Shown: one piece after another, positions 1-9,721 of the stretch
Position numbering within the stretch: position 1 is the first letter of the stretch
Layout of the letters: every line of letters starts with the position of its first letter
IMG/VR virus record: IMGVR_UViG_3300034126_000020
Location: 96,001-160,000 of that record
Source: a virus
Lineage: Duplodnaviria; Caudoviricetes
Strand: one strand, 5' to 3'
Length of the DNA stretch: 64,000 nt
Made by a program: the position numbers and the translations under genes
Notes under the pieces: generated by a model
The model's input: only the letters and a program-made list of their open reading frames with translations
Told to the model about the DNA's origin: nothing
Database searches by the model: none

Positions 1-3
1 TCC

Positions 4-687
4 TTACGCGTCGTGGGTGAGATGGAACAACTGACGTACAGCCGCAGTCCCATTGCCCGATTTGATCTGAGCCGCCATCTCTTGGTTCAGCACACGCATG
101 GCGTGAGTGGCCTCGGGTTTGACGTAGTAGTTGGTTCCTGGGTATTTCACCATGCCTTCTGTATCCCCACAGGCCATCTCGATGATACGTGGTTCACCGG
201 AGAAACCGAATTTAGGGAACAGGACAACCTTGCCGAAGAAGTAGCCTTTATCGTGCTCCTTCATCCACGAGTTGGCCGCATCGTGAGCAATGATCATCTC
301 CTGCTCTTCATCCCAGCGTTTGCCATCTTCCAGCCAGCTTACTGCAATGCGAGTGGTCAGTTGGACAGGCCACACGTCAGTACCGTTGGCGCCGGTGAAG
401 ATCATGCCGTGGCAACCGTCTTCGATGAACTGCTCAACGAGGATGGCGCAGTCACGGATCTTGCTGATGCAGGACTTCATGTACTTGACTGGATCGTCAG
501 CACGGTAGATGTCACGGCACAGGCGCTTCTGGATCTCGATGGTGCACTCGTTGTACATGCGAGCAGCAAACTTCTTGACCTTCTTGGCGTTCGGGTTCTT
601 GATGGCCTCGAACAGATCCAAGATAGCCGACTCTTGTTTCAGAGTGTCGAATTCGATGTTGTCAACTGAGTTGGTGGTCTCGTCCAC
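4..687 (-). CDS. hypothetical protein (227 aa)
   Basis: ORF with AGGAG RBS; same codon style and strand as neighbours. Confidence 0.75.
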   Translation of the reverse strand: MDETTNSVDNIEFDTLKQESAILDLFEAIKNPNAKKVKKFAARMYNECTIEIQKRLCRDIYRADDPVKYMKSCISKIRDCAILVEQFIEDGCHGMIFTGANGTDVWPVQLTTRIAVSWLEDGKRWDEEQEMIIAHDAANSWMKEHDKGYFFGKVVLFPKFGFSGEPRIIEMACGDTEGMVKYPGTNYYVKPEATHAMRVLNQEMAAQIKSGNGTAAVRQLFHLTHDA

Positions 688-721
688 GGGTGAAACTCCT
701 AGGTGTCTATGCGGTTAGTGA

Positions 722-749
722 GCAGGGGCTGTGTGCCCCTGCCTTTATG
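722..749. terminator. GC-rich hairpin with CTTTATG flank
   Basis: GCAGGGGC-TGTGT-GCCCCTGC immediately after the stop of 755..2278. Confidence 0.55.
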
Positions 750-754
750 TTGGA

Positions 755-2278
755 TCAGTCCGACGGACTGCTGGAACTGGTGTCGTTGCTGCTGGAATCA
801 TTGACTGGCGAAGGACTGTTGTCAGTGCCGGAAAATGAACTGCGACCAGTGGAGACTTCCGAGTAATCCACCCCTGTCTTTTCCATAGGCACGCCGCCGT
901 AGGTATGCTCTACCTGTTGGCTGCTGCGGGCCATCGCACCGGCTTGAACGTGCATGTCACGGATTATTTCACGATCCAGTGGCACGGCGTCCTTCTCAAA
1001 GCCCGTTTGATTCAACATGCGGCCATGGTTTTGATCGGCTGGAATATGGACCTGTTCTTCCGAAGGTTTCTGCGCTTGGGGTTGAATGAGGGAACCGGGC
1101 TCGAATACATCTTGGTCAAAACCACCCTGACGTTCTTTCTCCAACTCTTGCTGGTACTTCGCAATCGCCGGGATATCCAGGATGTCGCCCTGCGCCAACT
1201 TCTCACGGATTTCAGCGACAGCATCCGTCACAGCCGAGCAGTCAGGGATTTCCGGACCATGACCATTATTGAAGTCCATCAGCGAGAAACCGTACCACGC
1301 CAGATAGAACTGCACATCGTCCGATACCCCAGCCCCTTGAACAGGTTTGAAGTTACGGAAGGTGTCCAGGGTTGGTGGCTGTTGAGGAACACGACTATTG
1401 CGCAGATTCACACCCTTGATCTGGATGTCGTTCGGGTTGATACCTTGGCGCTGCATGCTTGCCAGCGTCTGAGCAATCAACGCCGGAGCGATCTCCGGGG
1501 TGTATTCGCGAGCCAACGGATCTGGCTTGTCACGACCGCCCAACTGTTGAAGCTGACGATCAATCGACGCAAGGTGAGGGGGAATGATGTCTTCCATCCC
1601 AGCGTGCGGCAGACCACCGAAGAAACGATGCAGAGATGCCTGGATCGACAGCTCCATTTCTTTGGTCAGGATCATCGGCTTCTCAAGGAGAGGCAGGATG
1701 AACTCCATCGCAAAGACGTCACCGATCTCGTTGTCCTTGTGCTTGGCCAGCAGGTCGATCAACGACTCAGCACGGTCCGGATACACTTGGCACGGGATCG
1801 AGAAGCTGCGCATGGTGATGCGAGTGCCGCCAGCGTTAGCGCCGAATTCGGCCTTGTTGCTGACCATGGCCCACTGGGTGTAGATGCCCTTGACTTTATA
1901 GCCGTAGGACAGTGCACTGAGCAGGTCGAACAGTTCCAGGCACGAGATGTCCACGCCACTCAGCGTTTCCAGATCCACGTCGGCTTCGAAGGTGGTGCTG
2001 TGTGGAACATAACCACGTTCTGCCAGCAAGCGAGCAATGCAGCCCAACATGAACAGCAGGTCTTCAGGGTCACCGGCTGGGTTACCCAACGCGGCTACGC
2101 TGACAGCCACGCGGCAGGCATCTTCTACGGTCAACTGGCTGCCTTCTTCCAAGGCCAGGTCGTACGTGGTGTCGTCGATCTTCTCGAAGCCCAGATCCTT
2201 ACACAGACCTTCAAGGTAGTCTGGTTTGGTAACGTCGGTGAAGAAGATACGGTGGTGCGTTGTTTGTGAGGTATGCAT
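755..2278 (-). CDS. hypothetical protein (507 aa), Ser/Asp-rich C-terminus
   Basis: long ORF with AGGA RBS; no recognised motif. Confidence 0.75.
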   Translation of the reverse strand: MHTSQTTHHRIFFTDVTKPDYLEGLCKDLGFEKIDDTTYDLALEEGSQLTVEDACRVAVSVAALGNPAGDPEDLLFMLGCIARLLAERGYVPHSTTFEADVDLETLSGVDISCLELFDLLSALSYGYKVKGIYTQWAMVSNKAEFGANAGGTRITMRSFSIPCQVYPDRAESLIDLLAKHKDNEIGDVFAMEFILPLLEKPMILTKEMELSIQASLHRFFGGLPHAGMEDIIPPHLASIDRQLQQLGGRDKPDPLAREYTPEIAPALIAQTLASMQRQGINPNDIQIKGVNLRNSRVPQQPPTLDTFRNFKPVQGAGVSDDVQFYLAWYGFSLMDFNNGHGPEIPDCSAVTDAVAEIREKLAQGDILDIPAIAKYQQELEKERQGGFDQDVFEPGSLIQPQAQKPSEEQVHIPADQNHGRMLNQTGFEKDAVPLDREIIRDMHVQAGAMARSSQQVEHTYGGVPMEKTGVDYSEVSTGRSSFSGTDNSPSPVNDSSSNDTSSSSPSD

Positions 2279-2288
2279 GATGAATTCC

Positions 2289-2732
2289 TTAGTTAATGGC
2301 TAAGCTTACATGTTGGCCGACAGTTTCGCGGACATGGCTCCAGTCATTGCAGACATGAAAGAGCACAAGGCGATCATCGCTCATGCCGATGAATTGGTGA
2401 TCTATGTCAACGAATTTCTTGACGCGGAAGTTTTCTCCCATGAGTGTGGTGAATTCTTCAAGTGCCATCAGGTTCTGCGTGTCGAACCTGATGGACTCAA
2501 ATGCAGCGGCTACTTCGGCCATCGTACTGTCGCAGTAACGATCGTCGGGTTTGTCGCTGTGGAAGACGCCATGCCAACCGTCCATGCGATGCTTTTCTTG
2601 AGTGACAGCAACCTCTAAGAAACCACCCTCCGGGTTACTGACGTTCAGCAACATCATCGAAGTTGTATCCCCTGTCTCCAGGCGCTGGATGGCTTCGTTA
2701 ATAAGTACGTGATACTCTTCGCGGGTCTTCAT
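2289..2732 (-). CDS. hypothetical protein
   Basis: AGGAGG RBS; TACATTAC motif upstream. Confidence 0.75.
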   Translation of the reverse strand: MKTREEYHVLINEAIQRLETGDTTSMMLLNVSNPEGGFLEVAVTQEKHRMDGWHGVFHSDKPDDRYCDSTMAEVAAAFESIRFDTQNLMALEEFTTLMGENFRVKKFVDIDHQFIGMSDDRLVLFHVCNDWSHVRETVGQHVSLAIN

Positions 2733-2769
2733 GACGCCTCCTAGGTGATTGTACGTTGGTAATGTAGCG

Positions 2770-3087
2770 TTACTCCGTGTTTGAATCGTCCTCGAGCAAA
2801 GCTTCAGACAACGCGTCGGCGCGTGAACAGGACTCTTCGCTCACGTACGACAGATCGCCGTACCCGCTGACACTGTAACCGATCAGCTGAGCGAACTGAC
2901 GCTGTTCAGTTTGGGTATAACCTGCCACAGCAATCTCGTTCAGGCCATAGCCAGAGATACGGGAACATTCAAGCACGTCGCGCACGATGCGATTCTCAAG
3001 GAACCGGTGCACGCCGTGTGGATCGACACCGACAGGTTGCATCGGCTCTTCTTCACCAGCCAAGATAGTGGTCAGGACAATGGTCAT
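2770..3087 (-). CDS. conserved phage hypothetical protein (QFAQLIGYS motif)
   Basis: start moved to MTIVL behind a GAGGAGG RBS. Confidence 0.7.
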   Translation of the reverse strand: MTIVLTTILAGEEEPMQPVGVDPHGVHRFLENRIVRDVLECSRISGYGLNEIAVAGYTQTEQRQFAQLIGYSVSGYGDLSYVSEESCSRADALSEALLEDDSNTE

Positions 3088-3143
3088 GTTACCCTCCTCG
3101 GGCATAAAGCGGTGGCCGAAGCCACCACTCGGGTAAGGTTACA

Positions 3144-3824
3144 TCACGCCGTTTCAGGGCGCTTGCGCATGTGCGCGTCGATCTTCATCAACATCGGGAT
3201 CAACTGAGCCTGCACTTGTTCAAAGCTCTGCTCAGCATCTACCACAAGGTAACGCCATGGTTCTTCAGCAGCACACTGAAGGTACGTCGCACGCGTGCTC
3301 TCATGGAAGCTCAGAGGCTTGCGATCGTAGTAGTTCTCAGCGTACTCAGCCGCACGAGCCACCATACGCTCACGGAACACCAGAGGATTACCATCGAGGA
3401 TGATGGTCATGTCAGGCTGGAACCGATCAAACGTCACAGCGTGCATCGCTTTCAGTTGGTGGTAGTCCATACCTTCTTCGCGCTGATATGCAAAGGTACT
3501 GTCGCAGAACCGATCAGTGATGATCAGTTCGCCGCTGGACAGACGCGGCCAGATCATGTTCTCCAGATGGAGTGCACGAGCTGCCATGAACATCAGCGTC
3601 TTGGCGATTGGCGACAGCGTTTCATGCAGACCGGGTTCGCGGTCCATCAAGATACGTTCACGGAGGACTTCTGCTTCTGGTGTCCCGCCGGGTTCGCGAG
3701 TCAGAACGGCGGTGATTCCATGGCCTTGAAACCATTCAGAGAGCCAAGTGCGCAGGGTGGATTTACCAGCCCCATCCGGTCCTTCGATCCCGAGCAGAAA
3801 GCCCTTGTGAGTGATGTGATCCAT
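3144..3824 (-). CDS. tmk: thymidylate kinase
   Basis: P-loop IEGPDGAGKST, TREPGGT and ITDRF motifs; start at MDHITH behind a GGAGA RBS. Confidence 0.95.
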   Translation of the reverse strand: MDHITHKGFLLGIEGPDGAGKSTLRTWLSEWFQGHGITAVLTREPGGTPEAEVLRERILMDREPGLHETLSPIAKTLMFMAARALHLENMIWPRLSSGELIITDRFCDSTFAYQREEGMDYHQLKAMHAVTFDRFQPDMTIILDGNPLVFRERMVARAAEYAENYYDRKPLSFHESTRATYLQCAAEEPWRYLVVDAEQSFEQVQAQLIPMLMKIDAHMRKRPETA

Positions 3825-3894
3825 TTGTTCTCCTGGTGTGCGTTGTCGGTATTGTAGATACGGCGGCATGAGGCCGCGACGAGCAGCGACGTGT

Positions 3895-4401
3895 CTATTT
3901 GATCGCATGGTTAATTCCGGGTTTGGGTTTCTTCTTGCTAGCCGCCACTGCATGGCGAATGATCAGTCGATCGCTTTCCGGATAGACGCAGAAGTACACC
4001 CGGTCGAGGTTGGCCAATGGCGGGCTATCCCGATGCCAGACAAGGCCACCTTTGGTGATCGCATCAACTTGGCCCTTAAACTTGTTGACCCATTCACCAA
4101 AGACCAGATCACCCCATTCGATGAACTCGTTGAGCAGGAACTTGGAGACAGCGTGAGCCGGGCCTTTGATAGCCCCTTTCGGGAACGACACGATAAAGTG
4201 CTTCTTGCTGCGCTCGTCGGTCATGTGAAAGTAGTCACGCGTCTTGAGATCAACGCCCCGCCAGAACGAACCGATGATCAGTTCATTACCTTCCTCTTGC
4301 GAGGATTCGTACCAGCTCACGATGCTGGACTGTGTACCTATCCGCACCTTCTTCACTTCGACGATATGGGTAGTGGTCTGAGTCAGTTTGATAGAGGCCA
4401 T
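3895..4401 (-). CDS. hypothetical protein
   Basis: 168-aa ORF with AGGA RBS. Confidence 0.65.
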   Translation of the reverse strand: MASIKLTQTTTHIVEVKKVRIGTQSSIVSWYESSQEEGNELIIGSFWRGVDLKTRDYFHMTDERSKKHFIVSFPKGAIKGPAHAVSKFLLNEFIEWGDLVFGEWVNKFKGQVDAITKGGLVWHRDSPPLANLDRVYFCVYPESDRLIIRHAVAASKKKPKPGINHAIK

Positions 4402-4426
4402 GATGAGTTCCTTGGTGATGCGGCAT

Positions 4427-5071
4427 TTAAGCCGCTACTGGTAATTCTAAAGGAGGGATTTCAAGACCCTGCTTAGTCATTTGTGCTTTGATCCATTCAA
4501 TGAACTGCGTCCGCTGCTCCTCTACGTAGAGGTTCACAATCGGGATGTTGTTCATGATGGACAATTGAACGGCAGTATTGGTACCACCCTTCACTAACCC
4601 TTTCTTGCCCGTTGGTACAGCCCAGAAGACTGTGATCCACCGCGGCTTATCGAGGCCCTCAGAGAGAACCTGGAACGCGTTGCGAGTATGTAGGGCTATC
4701 CCAGAGGGGAAGAGCCCATTGAAGCTTCCACGCGCTTTGAAGGCCATTGCTTGGGCTTCATCGTACGTACCGTACCACTCCGCTTCGTGATGCCCTTTCA
4801 AGTGGTCTTGTTTCAAGTTGCGCATGTTCTTGAGCTTGGTGTAGTAGATCTGGGCAGGTGGCATCATTGGCCCCTTACCCAGTTCGTACCCTTCCCAGAA
4901 GACGGTGTCAGAACCCGGAGCATCACCTGTGCACAACACACCGCCCAACATGGCCATGCATTGTCCGACCCAGCGTAGCAACGGCTCCCATTCCTCTGGC
5001 AAGTCGTTACGGCTACCGACTCCGCACCAAGTGAAACGCCAGTTCCATCCAATCGCCTTCCAGAAATCCAT
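4427..5071 (-). CDS. SLOG-superfamily (DprA/Smf-like Rossmann) protein
   Basis: GVGSR, TGDAPGSD, HTRNAFQVL and GGTNTAV motifs typical of phage stand-alone SLOG proteins. Confidence 0.7.
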   Translation of the reverse strand: MDFWKAIGWNWRFTWCGVGSRNDLPEEWEPLLRWVGQCMAMLGGVLCTGDAPGSDTVFWEGYELGKGPMMPPAQIYYTKLKNMRNLKQDHLKGHHEAEWYGTYDEAQAMAFKARGSFNGLFPSGIALHTRNAFQVLSEGLDKPRWITVFWAVPTGKKGLVKGGTNTAVQLSIMNNIPIVNLYVEEQRTQFIEWIKAQMTKQGLEIPPLELPVAA

Positions 5072-5073
5072 CC

Positions 5074-5394
5074 CTACCCCCAAACAATGAACTTGATGAT
5101 CAGAAACGCATGCGTCAACAAGGCCGCTATGAAATACACAGTCCAAACAGCAGCACAGCCAAAGCACGCATAACCAGACCAGATGCCGAACTTGCGCCAA
5201 ATACTCATCTTGTACGGCTTGCAGAACCGAGTGCAGTAGCTGTGATGTTCATCGTCGTCGATTGCCGATGGAATGAACATCAACATGATGACGCCGAACA
5301 CAAGTACACCACCACCGCCAAACCAATTGAACAGCTCACAAATGGTTTCGGTGTACGGACCCCAAAAGTCCGAGAGGTTAAGAGGCGTTGACAT
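5074..5394 (-). CDS. small membrane protein with two TM segments
   Basis: two hydrophobic stretches; packed tightly between the Macro and SLOG genes. Confidence 0.65.
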   Translation of the reverse strand: MSTPLNLSDFWGPYTETICELFNWFGGGGVLVFGVIMLMFIPSAIDDDEHHSYCTRFCKPYKMSIWRKFGIWSGYACFGCAAVWTVYFIAALLTHAFLIIKFIVWG

Positions 5395-5402
5395 AGCTGT
5401 CC

Positions 5403-6014
5403 TTAGCGTGGTTGGATCAGAGCGTTGTAACGCGCCATGCCGTCTTCGAACAGGTGAACGCACCCGAGGTCTTCTTGGTGACGTGCACGCTGGAATTCCA
5501 CGAGGGCTTCGTTCTGCTGGAACAGGGCCACTTCATGAGGGATGTTCGCAGTACCGGTGCAGAACAGCGGCACCAGTGCCCGATCGAAGTAGGCATCGTT
5601 TTCTTCTTCGTACTCGGCCAGGGCACGTAACGCGACATGCATCGCCATGTACGGGGCAATCGGATCGACGTTGGAGGTCGGGGCGAACATGGTAGGCACG
5701 TAGACCACAGCCTTGCCATCGACCACGATCACTTCAGCGCAACCGACAGGCATCATACCCGAGTACTTCTCACGGATAGCACGCAGTACCTTGGTCTGCA
5801 CTTCACGACCGAACACATCGACCACTGCCAGATCGAAACCACCGGTCATGTGGCCGAAGCTGTTACCCGGGGTGAACAAGACGTCGTAGCGAGCCTTGAT
5901 CTGCGCAGCCGTTTGTGCGGTGATGTTGGCGCGCAGCAAACCGGTTTCCACAGCTTGCGGTGCGTTGAGGGTACGTTGCTTGTCGGTGTTTACAAGGAAG
6001 TCGAGGAATCGCAT
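5403..6014 (-). CDS. Macro domain (ADP-ribose binding/hydrolase) protein
   Basis: PGNSFGHMTGGFDLAV, PVGCA, PTM and PLFCTGTA match the macrodomain signature; TAATG overlap with the upstream gene. Confidence 0.85.
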   Translation of the reverse strand: MRFLDFLVNTDKQRTLNAPQAVETGLLRANITAQTAAQIKARYDVLFTPGNSFGHMTGGFDLAVVDVFGREVQTKVLRAIREKYSGMMPVGCAEVIVVDGKAVVYVPTMFAPTSNVDPIAPYMAMHVALRALAEYEEENDAYFDRALVPLFCTGTANIPHEVALFQQNEALVEFQRARHQEDLGCVHLFEDGMARYNALIQPR

Positions 6015-6358
6015 TATTTGATCGCCTTTAGGCCGAAGGTGGTGATGATGCCCGGGTACTGGCGCATCGTAGGTAGGTGTACTTCTTCGAACGGAATGCC
6101 GAACCAACCATTGGAGAAAATCTGCACCAGGTTTGGTTCGACCCCGACGTAGTTCAAGTGATCCCGGTCGATGATGCTCAAGGTGACCGGAGGGTAGAGT
6201 TGGCCACCGAAGTAGTGGCCCTCAGCTTGGCGCAACGCCATCTGGATGTGGCCCGGTAGCACAGGTGTGTTCACCTCAGCACGCTCTGCTGCTTCAAGCG
6301 TGAAGTCGACTGCCATGACGTGCCATTTGTCCAACCACCAGATAAAGACGTGGTCCAT
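6014..6358 (-). CDS. hypothetical protein
   Basis: GAGG RBS; translationally coupled at both ends. Confidence 0.65.
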   Translation of the reverse strand: MDHVFIWWLDKWHVMAVDFTLEAAERAEVNTPVLPGHIQMALRQAEGHYFGGQLYPPVTLSIIDRDHLNYVGVEPNLVQIFSNGWFGIPFEEVHLPTMRQYPGIITTFGLKAIK

Positions 6359-6360
6359 GC

Positions 6361-6540
6361 TTACCTCTGCCCAGAGTTCATTTCGATGAAACCCTTGCGC
6401 GTGACGCAAAGGCGATACGTAGCTTGATTGTGCTTGACGTGATACGTTTGCCCGCGATGCAGCTTACCTTCAAAGTAAGCCTTTTCCAGATCGTCTCGAG
6501 TATCAAACTCCAAGTTTTCAGTGATAGGGACTTCTTTCAT
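6361..6540 (-). CDS. 59-aa small protein absent from the ORF track (MKEVPITENLEF...)
   Basis: GGAG RBS, ATG at 6540, TAA at 6363-6361, 2 nt before the next start. Confidence 0.7.
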   Translation of the reverse strand: MKEVPITENLEFDTRDDLEKAYFEGKLHRGQTYHVKHNQATYRLCVTRKGFIEMNSGQR

Positions 6541-6598
6541 TTACATGCTCCTGACATACAAACCATCTATCGAGTTTGTATGTTTTAACTTGTCCATG

Positions 6599-6628
6599 CG
6601 GCATAAGAGGGAGGCCGAAGCCTCCCTC
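6599..6628 (-). terminator. UUCG hairpin followed by CTTATGCCG
   Basis: GAGGGAGGC-TTCG-GCCTCCCTC after the stop of 6635..6958. Confidence 0.65.
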
Positions 6629-6634
6629 AGTGAA

Positions 6635-6958
6635 TCACACCGCGGTGTAGAACTTCATGAACTTGGCCAACGACAAGCTTTGGGTGTGCTTGTCTTCTTC
6701 CTTGTCTTTAAACAGGGCCTGATCCTTGCGGACTTCGACCAGGAAGATCTTCGTAGTGACGTTGTTGCGCACGGTCTGATACCACGCGTTAACAGCGCCC
6801 TCGAACTTCAGCGGTTCAGGCTGCACTTGAGGTTTACGCTCAGGTTGAGCGATCTCACGCAGAGCCCCCAAGCTGCTGAGCGAGTTGCCGACCGGTTTCG
6901 GACGACGATCCACACTGGCAGATGGGCGAGAATCTTTCCACGAGGTTCTTTGGTTCAT
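6635..6958 (-). CDS. hypothetical protein
   Basis: 107-aa ORF in an operon context. Confidence 0.65.
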   Translation of the reverse strand: MNQRTSWKDSRPSASVDRRPKPVGNSLSSLGALREIAQPERKPQVQPEPLKFEGAVNAWYQTVRNNVTTKIFLVEVRKDQALFKDKEEDKHTQSLSLAKFMKFYTAV

Positions 6959-6970
6959 TACAGGGTACCT

Positions 6971-7681
6971 TTAAGTTGTTTTCTCTGAGGAGGAATGTCG
7001 GATGGGTGCTACGTGCTTCTTGAATACATTTTGACCAAAGTCAGGGTTGGATGTCACTGTGACTCGTTCCACCATGACGCTGATCTCTTCAACGTTGAGG
7101 GTTATGTCAGCCTGTAGGGCTAAACGGATTCGTTCGATGTCGTCGTCGCTGATAAAGGAATGTCGTTGGTCTGGCAGAATGGACAACCGAAGGTGCCCGA
7201 GATACTCTCCTTGCATATCCACGATGGCAGCGTGTGCAGTGAATGGCGCGTCTGTGCCCTGCATCACTGTCAAGCAGTGGTGTTGGTGGTTAAAGACCGT
7301 GAACGAACCGGTCGTGTAGCGATTGACCAGTTTGTCCTCCCAATAAGACTCAGGATTGATCCGGAACCGGTACTCGTTCATCAGGCGTGCAGCAGGACGA
7401 CCACGGTCGCCAAAGTGCACGCTGATCTCTTTACCGACGTGAAGCAGCTGCTTGTTGGCAAGGGACTGGAGGAACTCTGGAAGAGCGTTCTCTGTGTAGA
7501 TGTCCTTACCCGACCGATCGGTCTCCGCACAGAACAAGGCCATTTCTCGACTGAGGTCGATGTCAGCAATGGCCACGACTGTGAGGTGACGTTTATGTCC
7601 AGAGACAGCTTCGTCGAATGTTAAGGTGAGTATTTCTCCTGCCCTGACGAATAACCTCCCCAGCGTATGATTGTCTTGCAT
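6971..7681 (-). CDS. hypothetical protein
   Basis: GAGG RBS; TACATTAT motif upstream. Confidence 0.7.
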   Translation of the reverse strand: MQDNHTLGRLFVRAGEILTLTFDEAVSGHKRHLTVVAIADIDLSREMALFCAETDRSGKDIYTENALPEFLQSLANKQLLHVGKEISVHFGDRGRPAARLMNEYRFRINPESYWEDKLVNRYTTGSFTVFNHQHHCLTVMQGTDAPFTAHAAIVDMQGEYLGHLRLSILPDQRHSFISDDDIERIRLALQADITLNVEEISVMVERVTVTSNPDFGQNVFKKHVAPIRHSSSEKTT

Positions 7682-7726
7682 AGCTGTGGACCTCAGGTTG
7701 AGTTACTGCTCATGGATAATGTAGCG

Positions 7727-9109
7727 TTACGATTGTGTCGAATCGCTCGCCTCATCCAGGTACTTTTTGTACGAGGGGTTCTGCCTGTCGACCATCACCA
7801 CGACTTCCGTCGTCACCTGATGGATCTTCTGATGCATACCAGTCCCCGATACTGCCGAATACGAGTGAGAGTGAATCACGACCGCATTGACAAAAGCAGG
7901 TGTGCCGTCTACCAGAAACGCCACTTCACATTGCAGACCCGGTTGGATAGCATCTGGGTTACTGTTCTCCCAGTTCATCGTCAGGAATGCACCATTGCGC
8001 ACAGCGATCTTGCTCGCTTCGTTGAACGCGTTGGATGTACCGATGTCACTGCTGACACGGGACATGTTGTTGGCTTTTCGAGTGACTGCCTCGTACTCAT
8101 TTGCGTTGTTGGTTCTTTTTGCCACGGCTTTGTTACCGCCGGTCTCGAAGAACCCTTCCATCATTGCGTCGGTGTTGGCAAAGCGAGTGCCGTTACCTTC
8201 GTTCAACAACAGAATCTCAGAGGGGTCTGTACGCTGCACCCCACCGGTCACAAACACGCTCAGGTGCTTGTCTACGATGCGCCATGTCCGTTCCACCCCT
8301 CGGTACTGCTGAGAGGGCGCTAGGATGAACATCGCCGTGTACTCGGCCGTGTCATAGCGCATGAAGTTATACAGCGGCCAGACGTGCCAGAAGCCCTTCT
8401 TGAGGTAACACCCGACGCCGGCTGTGTAGATCCCGCCGTATTCCTTCTGAAGCTTGTCCGCCACTGACACCAAGGACGTCCCATGAGGGATGATGGTGTT
8501 CGAGCGTTTGGTCAAGTTGTTCGGAGGGACACTGTTGATCCCTAGGATGGATTGCTCCACCTCAAGGTCCATGTTCTTGATCGAGTTGCTCAATAGCGCG
8601 ATCAGGATGTCAAATGGCGTACTGTCCCGGAACACCCCACCGACCAGCTCAGAGCGGGTCAAGGCAAAGGCTTCTTCTTGTAACTGCACCGTCACTGTCT
8701 TGAGTCCCGAGAGGTCTGCCGAATACTCGGTGGCCGTCTCGGGGCTGTCTGCCATGGTGGCGGTCTCACCCTCAGCGGGCAAGTACGCATTGAACGTCTG
8801 AACCACGATGGCATCGGCAGTGGATTCACCCTGCTGCCCCACACGCGAACGTGTGACTGTCATCTTCAGGTTCTCCTTGAACGGGAGAACACGGTTCAGG
8901 TATTGACCCCAAGGCAACACGACCTTGATCAGCATTTCATCCGTGGCTGCGTTACGGTAGTCACCGATGGAATCGGTACTGACCACGATCATCGCCGGTA
9001 CTTCTTCTTTCTCGGTGACGAACGTGGCTTCGTAACTGTAGTAGGACTCCTGTCCATCGCGCTTGATCAGGTCGTATTCAGCATTGAGGGTCGTCTGGGA
9101 GAATTCCAT
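7727..9109 (-). CDS. virion structural protein, probable baseplate hub (phiKZ gp101-like)
   Basis: size and position at the end of the gp83-gp101-like structural block; function inferred. Confidence 0.6.
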   Translation of the reverse strand: MEFSQTTLNAEYDLIKRDGQESYYSYEATFVTEKEEVPAMIVVSTDSIGDYRNAATDEMLIKVVLPWGQYLNRVLPFKENLKMTVTRSRVGQQGESTADAIVVQTFNAYLPAEGETATMADSPETATEYSADLSGLKTVTVQLQEEAFALTRSELVGGVFRDSTPFDILIALLSNSIKNMDLEVEQSILGINSVPPNNLTKRSNTIIPHGTSLVSVADKLQKEYGGIYTAGVGCYLKKGFWHVWPLYNFMRYDTAEYTAMFILAPSQQYRGVERTWRIVDKHLSVFVTGGVQRTDPSEILLLNEGNGTRFANTDAMMEGFFETGGNKAVAKRTNNANEYEAVTRKANNMSRVSSDIGTSNAFNEASKIAVRNGAFLTMNWENSNPDAIQPGLQCEVAFLVDGTPAFVNAVVIHSHSYSAVSGTGMHQKIHQVTTEVVVMVDRQNPSYKKYLDEASDSTQS

Positions 9110-9124
9110 GAGGACCCCTTGCGG

Positions 9125-9721
9125 TTACTTGCGGGCTTGGTTACGTTCGGCCAGCAGTGCTTCGATCCGGCCCATGATTGGAGAGGTGTCTTGAACCACA
9201 GTGCCAACACCCGTTGGGTTGAAGAGTTCTTCTGCCCCAGCCACCCCACCAAACAGCGCGGACATGCGCTTGAGTTGAGGGACGTCACCGACCTTAGGCT
9301 TAAAGCCCATGACCTGTGACTGGATGGTCTTGCAGTAGTCGGACATCAAGTACAACGACTGAAGCGGTGCATCCTTGACGTTCGGGTCGTGTTGGATGTG
9401 ACGCTGCCAGAACCCGATGTGAGCGATCAGGACTTCGTAGATGGTCACGAGGTCTTCACGGTGTTGCATCAGGATGTCGGCACCCTTCTCGTAGAGCTTG
9501 AGGATGTCCTCAATGGTGCCCCCGATGTTGACGTATTCGGACATCGCATCGGCATCGCCCTTCTTGGACCCTGTGCTCAGGTGCCCCACCTTCTCGTTGT
9601 GCTCACGAGAGTAACGATAGTAGCCGGGAATGGCGTACAGGTAGGTGGCGTGGAAGATGTGCTTGCGGACCGAATCAATGTTGGTCAGGTCCAGACCCGG
9701 GAACATGGTCTTGTTGGTCAC
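9125..9721 (-). CDS. conserved phiKZ-like protein (gp100-like position)
   Basis: synteny; translationally coupled to the upstream gene. Confidence 0.6.
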   Translation of the reverse strand: MTNKTMFPGLDLTNIDSVRKHIFHATYLYAIPGYYRYSREHNEKVGHLSTGSKKGDADAMSEYVNIGGTIEDILKLYEKGADILMQHREDLVTIYEVLIAHIGFWQRHIQHDPNVKDAPLQSLYLMSDYCKTIQSQVMGFKPKVGDVPQLKRMSALFGGVAGAEELFNPTGVGTVVQDTSPIMGRIEALLAERNQARK

